Shown here: one piece after another, positions 10,902 through 23,071 of the stretch | How the letters are laid out: each line of letters opens with the position of its first letter | Position numbering within the stretch: the first letter of the stretch is position 1 | Notes under the pieces: generated by a model | What the model was told of the DNA's origin: nothing | Databases searched by the model: none | The model's input: the letters and a program-made list of their open reading frames with translations, nothing else | Translations under genes and position numbers: made by a program | Source of the DNA: Octopus sinensis | Lineage: Eukaryota | Length of the DNA stretch: 64,000 bases | Direction: 5' to 3' | Assembly: GCF_006345805.1 (NCBI RefSeq) | Contig: NC_043019.1 | Coordinates: forward strand, 9,919,360 to 9,983,359

Positions 10902-12880
10902 GATTGATTGATTGATTCTAGTTTCAGCTCACGAGCTGTGGCCATGCTGGGGCACCGCCATTTGGTGTTGCTACATTGTTTTACTTCACGAATGCTTTTT
11001 AGCAACTGTCATTTGGTGCATGAGAGAGTTCGATGCAGCTGCCCTCATCTGCACCTCCTGCCGTGAAGTTGGTTCATCTGGGATACCTGACAAGAAGAGA
11101 ATCCAGTTTCATTTTAAAGACATCTGCATCCACCCCATGCAGGTCTCTTAGGTTCTTCGGGAGGATATTGAAGAGCTGTGGGCCTCGGAAGCCCAGGCTA
11201 TCACAGTATCTTGTCCTACATCTTGATGGCAAATTTTGAGTCCTAGGCACCACGCAGTGGCGCCCAGTTCTGGCATTTGTGTAACTCTCGATGCCAAAGT
11301 TTGGGACAAGTCCTTCCAGGATCTTCCAGATGTATATTATGGCATATCTTTCTCGCCTACGCTCCAAGGAATAGAGTTTTAATCTCTTGAGTCTTTCCTA
11401 GTAGCTTATATGCTGCACAGAGGCTATCTTCTTCGTGTAGCTACGTTGGATCGCCTCAAGTTCTGTGATCAGCTTGACACTGGATGGTGACCTTAGCTGA
11501 GAGCAATAGTCAAAGTGGCTTAGGACAAGTGTCCTCCAGAGGACCATCATGGTTTCTTGTTCTAAAGGTTCTAAGAATCCATCCGGCCAGTCGTCTACAT
11601 TTCATTGCCAATTTAGCAACATGTACATGAAAGGTTGCGTCATCACTCATGTAAATACCTAGGTCACGCACTGATTGTGCCTCTGGGATTGCAATTCCTC
11701 CGGGTCCAGTGTATTCATTGGGTATTGCATTTAGTTTTGTATGCTGATAGCATAAAGCTTGAAACTTTTCAGCATTGAACTGCATGCTATTCTTTTCCGC
11801 CCACTTGTATATTTTGTCCAGCTCACATTGCAGGCGTTTAGTGTCCTCAGGGTTCTGTATTGCCCGTGAAACGTTTGTATCATCTGCATAACTTGTGATC
11901 GTAGCTCTCTGCGTGGCTGAGGGCATGTCTGAGAGGGCCATTATGAACAGTAGTGGTCCCAAAACAGTGCCCTGCGGAACACCGCTCACTATTTGCGTGT
12001 TAATGGAAGTGGCCCCATTGGCTGCTACCACCTGACTTCTATCTTTCAGAAAGTCATGAAGCCATTCTCCCAGTTTTCCAACTATGCTAAGATCACGCAG
12101 TTTGTGACATATCATTCCATGATCGACTTTATCGAAGGCCTTTGCAAAATCGAGATATATCACTTCCACATTTGAGTGGTTGAGCTGCCGTTTCAGCACC
12201 CAGTCATAGTGTTGTAGGAGCTGAGTTAAGCAGCTTCTTCCTGGTCGGAAACCATGTTGGGTGTCAGGCAGCAAGTCATTCTCTTCAAGGAAGGTGATCA
12301 GTTTCCTTCTGACTATTCGTTCCATGACCTTGCTGATGTGTAAGGTCAGAGAGATAGGTCTGTAGTTCTTGGCCTCCGCTCTGAGGTATATGCTGTTGCC
12401 GGCTGTGTCCACCTTGGGTCTATTTGCTGTGGTGGTCTTGTATATTGTGGGTAGTCCCATCTGCGAGCTTGGGTTTGATGAAGCCAGGTTAGCTGCTGTA
12501 CAATCTTTTGTGCCATGCACAAAAAAGATTCTTGTTCAGCAGCTTCCCTTTCAACAACATCATGTTGGCCGTTTGTGACACGCACCACATCTGCGTACAT
12601 CCGTTTTGGGGCAGGTAGTGCGTGGTCCACCCCTTTTCCTTTTGTTAGTTTGTTTCTGATCTGTTTCGTGTCTCTGCGGCAGGGTGCCCGATGTGCAAAA
12701 CGGCAGCCTGCACCTTCCTCTCCATGCCAGCAGGTACCTCTCAGGTGGAACCTACACACCCGTGTGCGCTGTTTGTTTCCATCCTTTTTGGTATATGGAT
12801 AGTCAGTTTTACTTCTATTCTTGGCTGTTTCATTTTTTAGTTTTGTTTGAGTTTTTCTTTTAGTTTTTCCTCCTTTTTTG
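10902..12880 (-). mobile_element. CR1/L2-group LINE subfamily A with an internal deletion removing the endonuclease and linker
   Basis: Same tail as the 4951 copy; ORF1 end is joined directly to RT (..NSIYL|RAEAKNYRPISLT) at ~12379; later 8-nt frameshift at ~11555 and a TAG at ~11398. Confidence 0.9.
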
Positions 12881-12898
12881 TATATATATATACATATA

Positions 12899-13282
12899 TC
12901 TCTCTATATATAACCGGCAGTTTGTCTGTGCGTGTTTCTGTGTGTCTGTTTGCTTGTACCCTCACCCTGACCACGGCTTTCAACCGATTCTGATGAAACT
13001 TGACACACACATAGCCCAATGTCATAATTCAAAACTAACGCAGCCAAAATTTTGAAAAGTTTCCCCAGTTCTGAAAAAAATCGATAAATTCGACATGGGG
13101 TCGAGAATCAGAAACACGAACCACAAACTGTCTAGGGGACGCAACTCCATCCTTTTTTAACTCTCAAAAAAAATTTACCATCATTTTTTTCCATTTTTTG
13201 CTATTTTTTGGCTATAACTCTCTAAAAATGCTTTATAGTTATTTCCCTTACAAACCTGAGCAACGCCGGGCGATACTGCTAG
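12899..13282 (+). mobile_element. Non-autonomous Helitron (Lep1/HINE-like architecture)
   Basis: 5' A|TC..tctatatataa, (CTGT/GT)-rich tract, aaccgattctgatgaaac motif, GC hairpin cctgagcaacgccggg (13255-13270) 8 nt before CTAG|T (13279-13283), no TSD. Confidence 0.85.
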
Positions 13283-13294
13283 TATACACATATA

Positions 13295-14431
13295 AAGGAA
13301 AGAGCAGACAAAGAAGCCTGGGCTATAGACAACATAAAAACTAACCCCAGAGCTTTCTACAGGTATGCCAAAGAAACAGCTACGGTGCACTGTAGGATAG
13401 GGCCACTCCTTGAAAAGGATGGCACTCACAGGAAACCAATGCGGGTAAGTGAATACTGAATGAACAATTCAAGAGTGTTTTCACTCCACCCCTTGGGCAT
13501 TTCCAAATCACCAATCCAACTGACTTCTTTACCACTGCAGATATAAAATCAGAGGCAGCGACGATAAATTACATCGATATAAAGGAAGACGATGTAATAA
13601 AGGCTATAGATGAAATGAAAACAGACTCAGCTATTGGCCCCGATGGATCCCGGCAATCCTCCTAAAAGTATGTAAGAGAGTCCTAGCAAGACCACTGCAG
13701 TTCCTCTTTCAGAGCTTCCTTGCAGCTGGCAAACTTCCAAGAAAACTGAAGGAAGGTAAAATATGCCCTATTCATAAAGGAGGTAGCAGAGCGGAGGCCA
13801 AGAACTACAGACCAATCTCTCTCACCTCAACATCAGCAAGGTCATGGAACGAATAGTTAGAAGGAAACTAATCACCTTCCTTGAAGAGAATGACTTGCTG
13901 CCTGACACCCAACATGGTTTCCGACCAGGAAGAAGCTGCTTAACTCAGCTCCTACAACAATATGACTGGGTGCTGAAACAACTGCTCAACCACTCAAATG
14001 TGGAAGTCATATATCTCGACTTTGCAAAGGCCTTCGATAAAGTCGATCATGGAATGATATGTCACAAACTGCGTGATCTTGGCATAGTTGGAAAACTGGG
14101 AGAATGGCTTCATGACTTTCTGAAGGATAGAAGTCAGGTGGTAGTAGCCAATGGGGCCACCTCCATTAACACACAAATAGTGAGCGGTGTTCCGCAGGGC
14201 ACTGTTCTGGGACCACTACTGTTCATAATGGCCCTCTCAGACATGCCCTCAGCCACGCAGAGAGCCACGATCACAAGTTATGCAGATGATACAAAAGTTT
14301 CACAGGCAATACAGAACCCTGAAGACACTAAGCACCTGCAATGTGAGCTGGACGAAATATACAAGTGGGCTGAAAAGAATAGCATGCAGTTCAATGCTGA
14401 AAAGTTTCAAGCTTTACACTATCAGCATGCA
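13295..14431 (+). mobile_element. Internal fragment (linker plus RT) of CR1/L2-group LINE subfamily A
   Basis: ORF 13844-14527 contains QHGFRPGRSC, YLDFAKAFDKV, QGTVLGPLLF and YADD; highly similar to the reverse complement of 5810-6925. Confidence 0.92.
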
Positions 14432-14690
14432 GAAAGAAGGAGAGAAAAAAATATGTGTGCAGAGGCTAGCGAATCAACATGGCGATCCTTCTTTCTGTGT
14501 TTTTTTCTCTGTATATCTTTCTGTTGAAGAGCGTAGGCTCGAAACGTTAAAGACTTGTTTTACTTATATTTCCTGAGCGCCATACTAATACAATTGTTTG
14601 TTTGTATTCCACCTGCCTTCGTCTTATGTTTATTTCCGTAAACCTGCCTTCGTCTTCTGTCTATTTTCATAAAGCTTCCCATATATAAAC
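14432..14690 (+). mobile_element. Probable Penelope-like terminal (pLTR) fragment
   Basis: Contains the PLE-type ctgNNgaa-stem-cgaaacgt motif and a CT-rich context; no coding part. Confidence 0.5.
14516..14553 (+). ncRNA. Minimal hammerhead-like motif with core variant CUGUUGA
   Basis: UCUUU-CUGUUGA-A-[GAGC guag GCUC]-GAAA-CG-UU^AAAGA: 5-bp stem I, 4-bp stem II, palindromic ACGU stem III; A6 is replaced by U. Confidence 0.45.
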
Positions 14691-14699
14691 AATCAGAAA

Positions 14700-16810
14700 A
14701 GAAGTGTGCTCCTCAGATGTTCTGCACAACGCAGCAGCTGAGCAAGAGTCTTCTTTGTGCATGGCGCAAAGGATTGTCCAGCAGCTAACCTGGCTACACC
14801 AAGCGCAAAGAAGGAACCCTGCCCACCACTATGCAAGACCACCACAGTCAACAGACACGGGATGGCCTCCCCTAACGCCTGCACAGCCGTCACCCCAATA
14901 CTTTTACTAAATATTGGGGCCTGTTGCATCAAAATAGAAACAAAATTTCTTTCCTGAGAGATCTTACTCCATGCAATCAAGCCCTATGCATAGCACTAGT
15001 GGAAACTCACCTCAGCCCTGATATAGAGGACGAAGAAGTACACGTACCCAACTCAGTCATACTGTGAACAGACAGAAGGGAAAGGAGCCATGGTGGAGTT
15101 GCCGTATACATCCGAGATGACCTCACACCCCAGGACTTACTGACATACTCAAATTCGGTATGTGACACTTTAATTATATACATAAGACAACATAATATAG
15201 TCATATGCAATACATATTGCCCACCGGATGCCCCAAATCACATAGGCAAGTTTGAAGATTGCCTCACAAGAATGAAAGAAATCCTTATGAATCTGGAACA
15301 CCACGTCACCATATTTATATGGGTGATTTCAACTTCCCCAACGTCAAATGGCCTGAAGGTCTCATACTCTCAGGAATGAATCATTGCAAGCAAGTACAGG
15401 CGGAGTCCCTGCTCAACCTCACCAATGCCTTATTCATGGAGCAAATTGTACTCAAACCAACTAGGGTGAATAACATTCTGGATCTCTGCTTCACGAACAA
15501 TATGGACATCATTCATGATGTGAAAGTGACATCGACATTAGTCTCGGATCACAACATAATAGAGCTGTCTATGTTTGGGCCGAAAGTAACCAGAGACATA
15601 CAGTCTAAAGGAAGCACCCGAAATCTCTCCAATCTGAACTTCCACAAAGCAGATTGAAAATCGATCCAAAAAGAGATCCTCAGAGAGGACTGGTCGAAAT
15701 GTCTCTCCACACCAGACATTGACATGAAACTAGAATGTTTCATGTCTTCTGTGCAAGCCGTATGCCAGAAATATGTCAAAGAGACAGGAAGATCCTCATG
15801 AGACGACGGACGAAAGTTACAAATCGACTCAACCATCATACCAAAAGTAGCGAAACGTCCCGCCTAAAAACAACACTGATGGAGATCGAAAAAAGGCTGA
15901 AACAATCCGATGTGAGGGAGAAAGCAGACAAAGAAACCTGGGTTATAAAAAACATTAAATCAAACCCAAAGGCCTTCTTTCATTACGCGAAAGAAACAGT
16001 CTCAGTACACTACAAGATAGGACCCCTCCTCCAAAAGGATGGCTCCCTCACATACAGTCCAACTAAGATCAGTGAAATACTGAATGACCAGATCAAAAGT
16101 GTCTTTACCACCCCGTTGGAACTCAGACAAGTGAACGAACCAGTGGACTTCTTTGCTGCCTCACCTATAACCAGCGAGGCAGTTACAATAGAATACATTG
16201 ACATTAGCGAAGATGTCCTACTAGCCATAGATGAAGTGGACACAAACTCAACTGCTGGTCCAGATGGTTTCGAAGCAATCCTCCTCAAAGCGTGTAAGCA
16301 TGCCCTGGTAAAACCACTCAAGATTCTCTTCCAGAGCTTTCTTACAAATGGCAAACTGCCAAGCAAGCTGAAGGAGGGAATAATATGCCCAATACATAAA
16401 GGGGGAAGTAGAGTAGAAGGAATTATGCCAAATCTTGGCATTAAAAGCTACACCAATGCTAGAATGGGACGACACTACATAGTGCCAAAGATCCCAGCAA
16501 TGCCATCACGCTTCAGGACTGGCTACTGCAACAGCCTGGGTTTCAAGGGCCCACAGCTTTTTAATATTCTCCCAAAGAGTCTGAGGAACTTGCACAAAGT
16601 AGATGTAGCGGTTTTTAAATCAAAGGTGGACATCTTCTTGTCGAGAGTCCCAGATGAACCTTCCTCACAGCGAAAGTTGCAAATGAGGGTAGCTATATAA
16701 AACTCAATTCCTCACCAAGTGCCACATATTAGAGGTGGCTCTTAGTAATAACAGTGTAGCACAAAACGACGGTGCATCAGCATGGCCGCAGCTCTGAGCT
16801 GAAACAAGAG
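14700..16810 (+). mobile_element. CR1/L2-group LINE subfamily B: ORF1 end, endonuclease, linker and 3' end, with the RT core deleted in frame
   Basis: ILLLNIG, GGVAVY, MGDFN, DLCFTN and SDH motifs; ORF 15735-16700 jumps from IHKGGSR to EGIMPN at ~16413; tail gcatggccgcagctctgagctgaaac. Confidence 0.88.
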
Positions 16811-16839
16811 AAAACGAAAAACAAAAAAACAAAAAAAAA

Positions 16840-16853
16840 TATATATATATAAA

Positions 16854-16930
<77 letters not shown>

Positions 16931-17848
16931 TATAAACATATATATATATATAAACATATATATAAACATATATATATATATATAAACATATATATAAACA
17001 TATATATATATATAAAACATATATATAAACATATATATATATATATAAACATATATATAAACATATAAATATATATATAAACATATATATAAACATATAA
17101 ATATATATATAAACATATATATAAACATATATATATATATAAACATATATATAAACATATATATATATATATAAACATATATATAAACATATATATATAT
17201 ATATAAACATATATATAAACATATATATATATATAAACATATATATAAACATATATATATATATATATAAACATATATATAAACATATATATATATATAT
17301 ATAAACATATATATATATATATAAACATATATATAAACATATATATATATATAAACATATATATATATAAACATATATAAACATATATATATATAAACAT
17401 ATATAACATATATATATATAAACATATATATAAACATATATATATATATATATATAAACATATATATATATATAAACATATATATATATATAAACATATA
17501 TATATATATAAACATATATATATATAAACATATATATATATATAAACATATATATAAACATATATATATATATATAAACATATATATAAACATATATATA
17601 TATATATATAAACATATATATAAACATATATATATATATATATAAACATATATATATATATATATAAACATATATATAAACATATATATATATATATATA
17701 TAAACATATATATAAACATATATATATATATATAAACATATAAATATATATATAAACATATATATATATAAACATATATATATATAAACATAAACAAATA
17801 TATATATATATATATAAACATAAACAAATATATATATATATATATAAC

Positions 17849-17884
<36 letters not shown>

Positions 17885-17949
17885 ATAAAAATATATATAT
17901 ATATATATATATAAACATAAAATATATATATATATATATATATATAAAC

Positions 17950-17996
<47 letters not shown>

Positions 17997-18012
17997 CATG
18001 CACACATATATA
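16840..18012. repeat. Compound microsatellite AAAC(AT)n growing out of the LINE A-rich tail
   Basis: Directly visible. Confidence 0.95.
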
Positions 18013-18015
18013 TAA

Positions 18016-19220
18016 GTACAGGCAGAGTCCCTCCACCATCTCACAAATGCCTCTTTCATGGAGCAAATTGTGCTGCAACCAACCAGGGCAAATAAGATAC
18101 TGGATCTCTGCTCCACAAACAATATGGACATTATCCATAATGTTAAATTGATACCGACACTGTCTATGTATGGACCAAAAGCCCCCGCAGATATGCAGCC
18201 TATATGAAGCAGCCACAATCTCTCGAAACTAAACTTTCATAAAGCAAATTGGCAATTGATTGAGAAAGAGATCCTCAAACAGGATTGGCCTAAATGTCTT
18301 TCCACACAAGACATTGACATGAAACACAAATGTTTCATATCTATAATACAAACCATATGTGACAAATATGTCCCAGTGTGCAGGGCCAGTACACACAAAA
18401 ATAGAATCCCTAGGGAAAGGAAGATTCTTATGAGACGACGGACAAGGATTGCAAACCAGCCGAGCAAGCACACCAAAAGTGGTGAGAAGTCTCGCCTCGA
18501 GAGAATGCTAATGGAAATTGAGAAAAGTCTGTATTAGTCCCATGAAAAAGAGAGCAGATAAAGAAGCTTGGGTAACAGAAAATAGCAACTCAAACCCTAA
18601 AGCTATCTCTAAGTTTGCCAAAGAGACAGCCACAGCGCGCCCGAATATAGGACCTCTTTTCCAAAAAGATGGCTCCCTCACAGGAAATCCCACGAGGATA
18701 AGTGAAATACTGAACGGACAGTTCCAAAGTGTGTTCACTACACCTCTAAGACACAGGCAAGTAAACAAAACCAGAAGAATTCTTTGCCACTTTACCTGTA
18801 GCCAAAGAAGCAAAAATTGAGTGCATCAACATTGAAGATGATGATATCACATTGGCCGTAGATGAGATTGACACAAACTCAGCTGCTGGACCTGATGGAT
18901 TTCCAGCGATCCTTCTGAAATCGTGCAAACAAGCCCTTGCAAAACCACTACAGCTTCTTTTTCAGAGCTTTCTTGCAAGTGGTAAGCTCCCAGTCAAAGT
19001 GAAAGAAGGGATAATATGCTCTATCCATAAGGGAGGAAGCAGAGCAGATACTAAAAATTATAGGCCTATCTCTCTGACCTCATACATCAGCAAAGTCATG
19101 GAACAAATAGTCTGCAAGAAACTAATCATGTTCCTTGAAGAAAATGACTTGCTGACTGAGACCCAGCATGGATTTCAACCAGGTAGAAGCTGTCTAACAC
19201 AGCTCCTGCAACACTATGAC
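18016..19220 (+). mobile_element. Internal CR1/L2-group LINE fragment (endonuclease end to RT N-terminus), degenerate
   Basis: AAGPDGFPAILLK, KNYRPISLTS, TQHGFQPGRSCLTQLLQHYD. Confidence 0.88.
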
Positions 19221-19334
19221 TGTATATGCATGTATATATATATACATATATATAGGTAGGTATGCAGCTATGTACATATATGTATGTATATATGCATATA
19301 TTTATATTATACATATATGTATGTATGTGTGTGT

Positions 19335-19545
19335 ATGTGTTTGTCCCCCCAACATCGCTTGGAAACCGCCGGTGGTGTGTTTACATCCTCATAACATTAG
19401 CGGTTCGGCAAAGAGAACGATAGAATAAATACAAGGCTTACAAAAAATAAGCCCTGGGGTCGATTTGCTCAACTAAAGGTGGTGCTCCAGCATGGCCACA
19501 GTCAAATGATTGAAACAAATGAAAGAGTAAGAGTAAAGGAGTATA
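19335..19545 (+). mobile_element. 3' half of the long tRNA-derived SINE (family 1)
   Basis: Matches 56125-56326; tail ggtgctccagcatggccacagtcaaatgattgaaac. Confidence 0.85.
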
Positions 19546-19609
19546 AAAACATCCAGTTTAAGTACAGCAGGACAGATTTGGAATTTATGGGAGAGAGGGC
19601 AAAAATCTC

Positions 19610-21541
19610 GGTTAATATAGGGCGTAACAAATATCAGAAAATCAAAAAAAAAATGTGTGTAATAGGTGTAAAACAACTTCCTATGAACGAATATGAAAAA
19701 AAAATTTCGCGCACGCGAAAGGGGGGTGGGGGAGATGCCTCGGAAAATTCACATCGGGAAGTTCCGAAAGCGTCTGAGGAGCTGACCCGGGCACCAAAAC
19801 AAAAAAAAAATAGTGTAATATGTGTAAAACACTTGCTCTAAATGAATATGACAAAAAAAATGCGCTCTCGCGAAAGAGGGGTGGGGTAGAGGCCTCGGAA
19901 TATTTATATCGGGAATTTCCGAAAGCGTCTGAACCGGGCACAAAAACAAAAACAAAAACAGCGTAATAGGTGTAAAACAACTTGCTCTAAACGACTATCA
20001 TGAAAAAAATGCGCGCTCGCGAAAGGGGGGTGGGGAGAGGTTTCGGAAATTTCACATCTTCAGTCCACGGCCTTTAAACTAGAGAAAAAATAGTGTAATT
20101 GGTGTAAAACTACTTGTTCTAAACGAGTATCAAGAACACACACTCACACATGAATCATAAACTCCGTATTTCGCAAAAAAAAAAAAATAAAGAGAAGAAA
20201 TTCTGGAAAAAGTGAAGAAATGTTGGATCTCCGCCATGTGAATCAAAATACGTGTCAGAAACATCTTGAAATACTACAGAAATTATGTTACGAAAATGAT
20301 AATGTATACATACCTCTTTGAGTGGTCCATCGATAATGATGATAAAGAAATGAGTTGGATTTGAACTCAGAATATTGACTAACACAACTACATACTACAA
20401 GACTCAAAATATTCAGCCAAGTCACCACCCTTTAACTAGCAATAATAATAACATCAATAACATAACAGCCAAAAGATTTATTTGTTCTGAAAATAACAAT
20501 CATAGTAAATAAATATGTTCTTTAATATTCACATTCATGTGCACAGTTAAACACACTTACATACAAACAGTCACGCATGCATAATACAGAACGGAACACA
20601 TAAATGAAGGATGCATTACTTAGTATATATTACATCTAGAGAATTTTGATTAATAAGTCAAATATGCAAATTATAAAGATAATTAATTGCTTTACTAAAC
20701 AGTGTTGTAAAGGTGAAAAATAAATTTGGGAAAAAAATACACGCCAAAACTAATTAATAAAGGATAATTAGGGAAGGATTGACACAAAATAATAATTTTT
20801 TCTGTCTCTTTTTTTCTGATAAATGCATCTTAATAAGTGAGAAGAATTGCATATATCTGAACTATTTCAAAGAAAAGCATAAATTTAATGTTTAAAATAG
20901 CTTTAACCAAGGAATGAGATCCACATTTCTTCACTTTTTCCAGAATTTCTTCTCTTTATTTTTTTTTTTTTTTGCGAAATACGGAGTTTATGATTCATGT
21001 GTGAGTGTGTGTTCTTGATACTCGTTTAGAACAAGTAGTTTTACACCAATTACACTATTTTTTCTTAGTTTAAAGGCCGTGGACTGAAGATGTGAAATTT
21101 CCGAAACCTCTCCCCCACCCCCCTTTCGCGAGCGCGCATTTTTTCATGATAGTCGTTTAGAGCAAGTTGTTTTACACCTATTACGCTGTTTTTGTTTTTG
21201 TTTTTGTGCCCGGTTCAGACGCTTTCGGAAATTCCCGATATAAATATTCCGAGGCCTCTACCCCACCCCTCTTTCGCGAGAGCGCATTTTTTTTTTGTCA
21301 TATTCGTTTAGAGCAAGTTGTTTTACACATATTACACTATTTTTTTTTTGTTTTGGTGCCCGGGTCAGCCCCTCAGACGCTTTCGGAACTTCCCGATGTG
21401 AATTTTCCGAGGCCTCTCCCCCCACCCCCCTTTCGCGTGCGCGAAATTTTTTTTTCATATTCGTTCATAGGAAGTTGTTTTACACCTATTACACACATTT
21501 TTTTTTTGATTTTCTGATATTTGTTACGCCCTATATTAACC
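19610..21541. mobile_element. Foldback-type DNA element: ~620-bp TIRs built of 130-156-bp subrepeats around a 684-bp AT-rich spacer
   Basis: 19610-20231 is the near-perfect reverse complement of 20916-21541; termini GGTTAATATAGGG; caaaaatc duplicated at 19600-19607 and 21542-21549. Confidence 0.9.
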
Positions 21542-21699
21542 CAAAAATCATGCACCTTTGTAGGGATCGACTGCACAGCAGATGTGAACTTCTCTTCAAA
21601 AACTGGAGAAAGGAAAACATCTTTGGCGAACTCATATATCCAGGCTACAGATTTCCATTTATTATAATTATACGTGCACTGGGTCACGTAACAAATGAT

Positions 21700-21970
21700 G
21701 GCATTCTTTCGATATAACGCGACAAAATCAAAACATTTCACCGGGTATTTCCATGGAAGCAAATGACAGTTCGATTCTGTTTTCTGCTTGGAAATCTGCG
21801 GATTTTACATACACACCTGAAACAGGTAAGAACAAATATGCCAGGTCTTTTTTCTTCAAGTTTAAAATGAGACATTGCTGGCATAATTTCGTTATATCTA
21901 TACTCCACAACCCACGGAAATACCCAATGTGAAATGTTTTGATTTTGTCGAGTTATATCGAAGGAATGCC
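21700..21970. mobile_element. 271-bp MITE with ~58-bp TIRs and an 8-bp TSD
   Basis: TIR ggcattc.ttcgatataac.cgacaaaatcaaaacatttcac..gggtatttcc; perfect TSD CAAATGAT at 21692-21699 and 21971-21978. Confidence 0.88.
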
Positions 21971-22114
21971 CAAATGATATGCAAAGAAAACTAAAAATGC
22001 TTGATGTCTTCAAAAAAGTGCAGAGTAAGCCGATTCGCATTTTCCAGATTCAATCCATCACAGAATTTGTAAAACATTCCAATGATTTTTCATTTGAGTC
22101 TGAGCGAATATTTT

Positions 22115-22175
22115 TTTACATTTATTTTAATGGTTTCAGTCGAAAGGACCGTAACCAAACTGGAGCACCGCCTTA
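22115..22175 (-). mobile_element. Degenerate SINE family 1 tail
   Basis: gtttcagtc...ctggagcaccgcctt is the reverse of the SINE tail. Confidence 0.55.
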
Positions 22176-23071
22176 ATTTATTTTCTTTCAGATTTGTTGT
22201 CGCTTTATGACTGGAACTTGGTCTAGGATCGTGTTTGTAGCGGCTGATTATCCTTGAGTGTATGCCTGAGGGATTGGCTGGTCCGGTACCATCGTTAAGA
22301 ATTTCATTAGAGCCCCCCCCCTCCATCTTTCTATTTACGATTCGTAGGTGAACAATTAGGGAGCTCTAAATATCAGACTGATATTAGAATGTAATTCAGA
22401 AGGTGGTATATTTGGAAGTATCTAAAACCACTAATATATATGGAACACACACACAGAAATAGTAATGAAATGCACTAAATTTCCATCGTGAAACGCACAC
22501 AAACGAGTGCAAGTTTATCCACACGTTTACATCATCCTGCTCAGGTAACCACCAAACCCCAAGGGTTGTCTTGACTTAAATAAAACAGCCTTATATCACT
22601 TTCTTAGTGACCAGCTTGAATTCTACAAAGGAATACGTGTATGAATGTGCGAAATTTGCAATTTTAAACTTGTTTGTAAATGTTGCGTGGCGAGATTAAG
22701 TTGTTGTTTTTCCAATAAAAAATCTGCAATGTTGTTAGGAGAGAAAGATTATTGTTGTTTTTTGGGGGGGGTCTTTAGCATTTTTTTTTTTTCGTGTATG
22801 TCCGTGTGTGTAATGTGTTTTTCCTTAACGATAGTACCCCAACAAAGGTTTCATGAAATTGTTTCTTTGGAGAAAATTAACTATAGAAAAATTTGTGTAA
22901 AAAAGGTTCGCTTTAAAAGTTTTGGGGCAAGAAGAGTCAAGTTTGCTAAGAAGAAAATAAAATAAAAATCTAACACGAGAAAAAGTAAAAGAAGTTAAAA
23001 TTTAAAAACGGAAAGAAAAATATAGAGAGAGGAAAAGTTTTGAGAAATGCTATTTAGCTTGTAATGCTTAC

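Noticed and set aside
16704-18218. Very long ORFs (370-504 aa) here and at 9410-10901, 52742-54168 and similar arrays
   Set aside because: These are translations of (TA)n-type microsatellites, which lack stop codons in these frames; they are Y/I/M/C/V low-complexity artefacts
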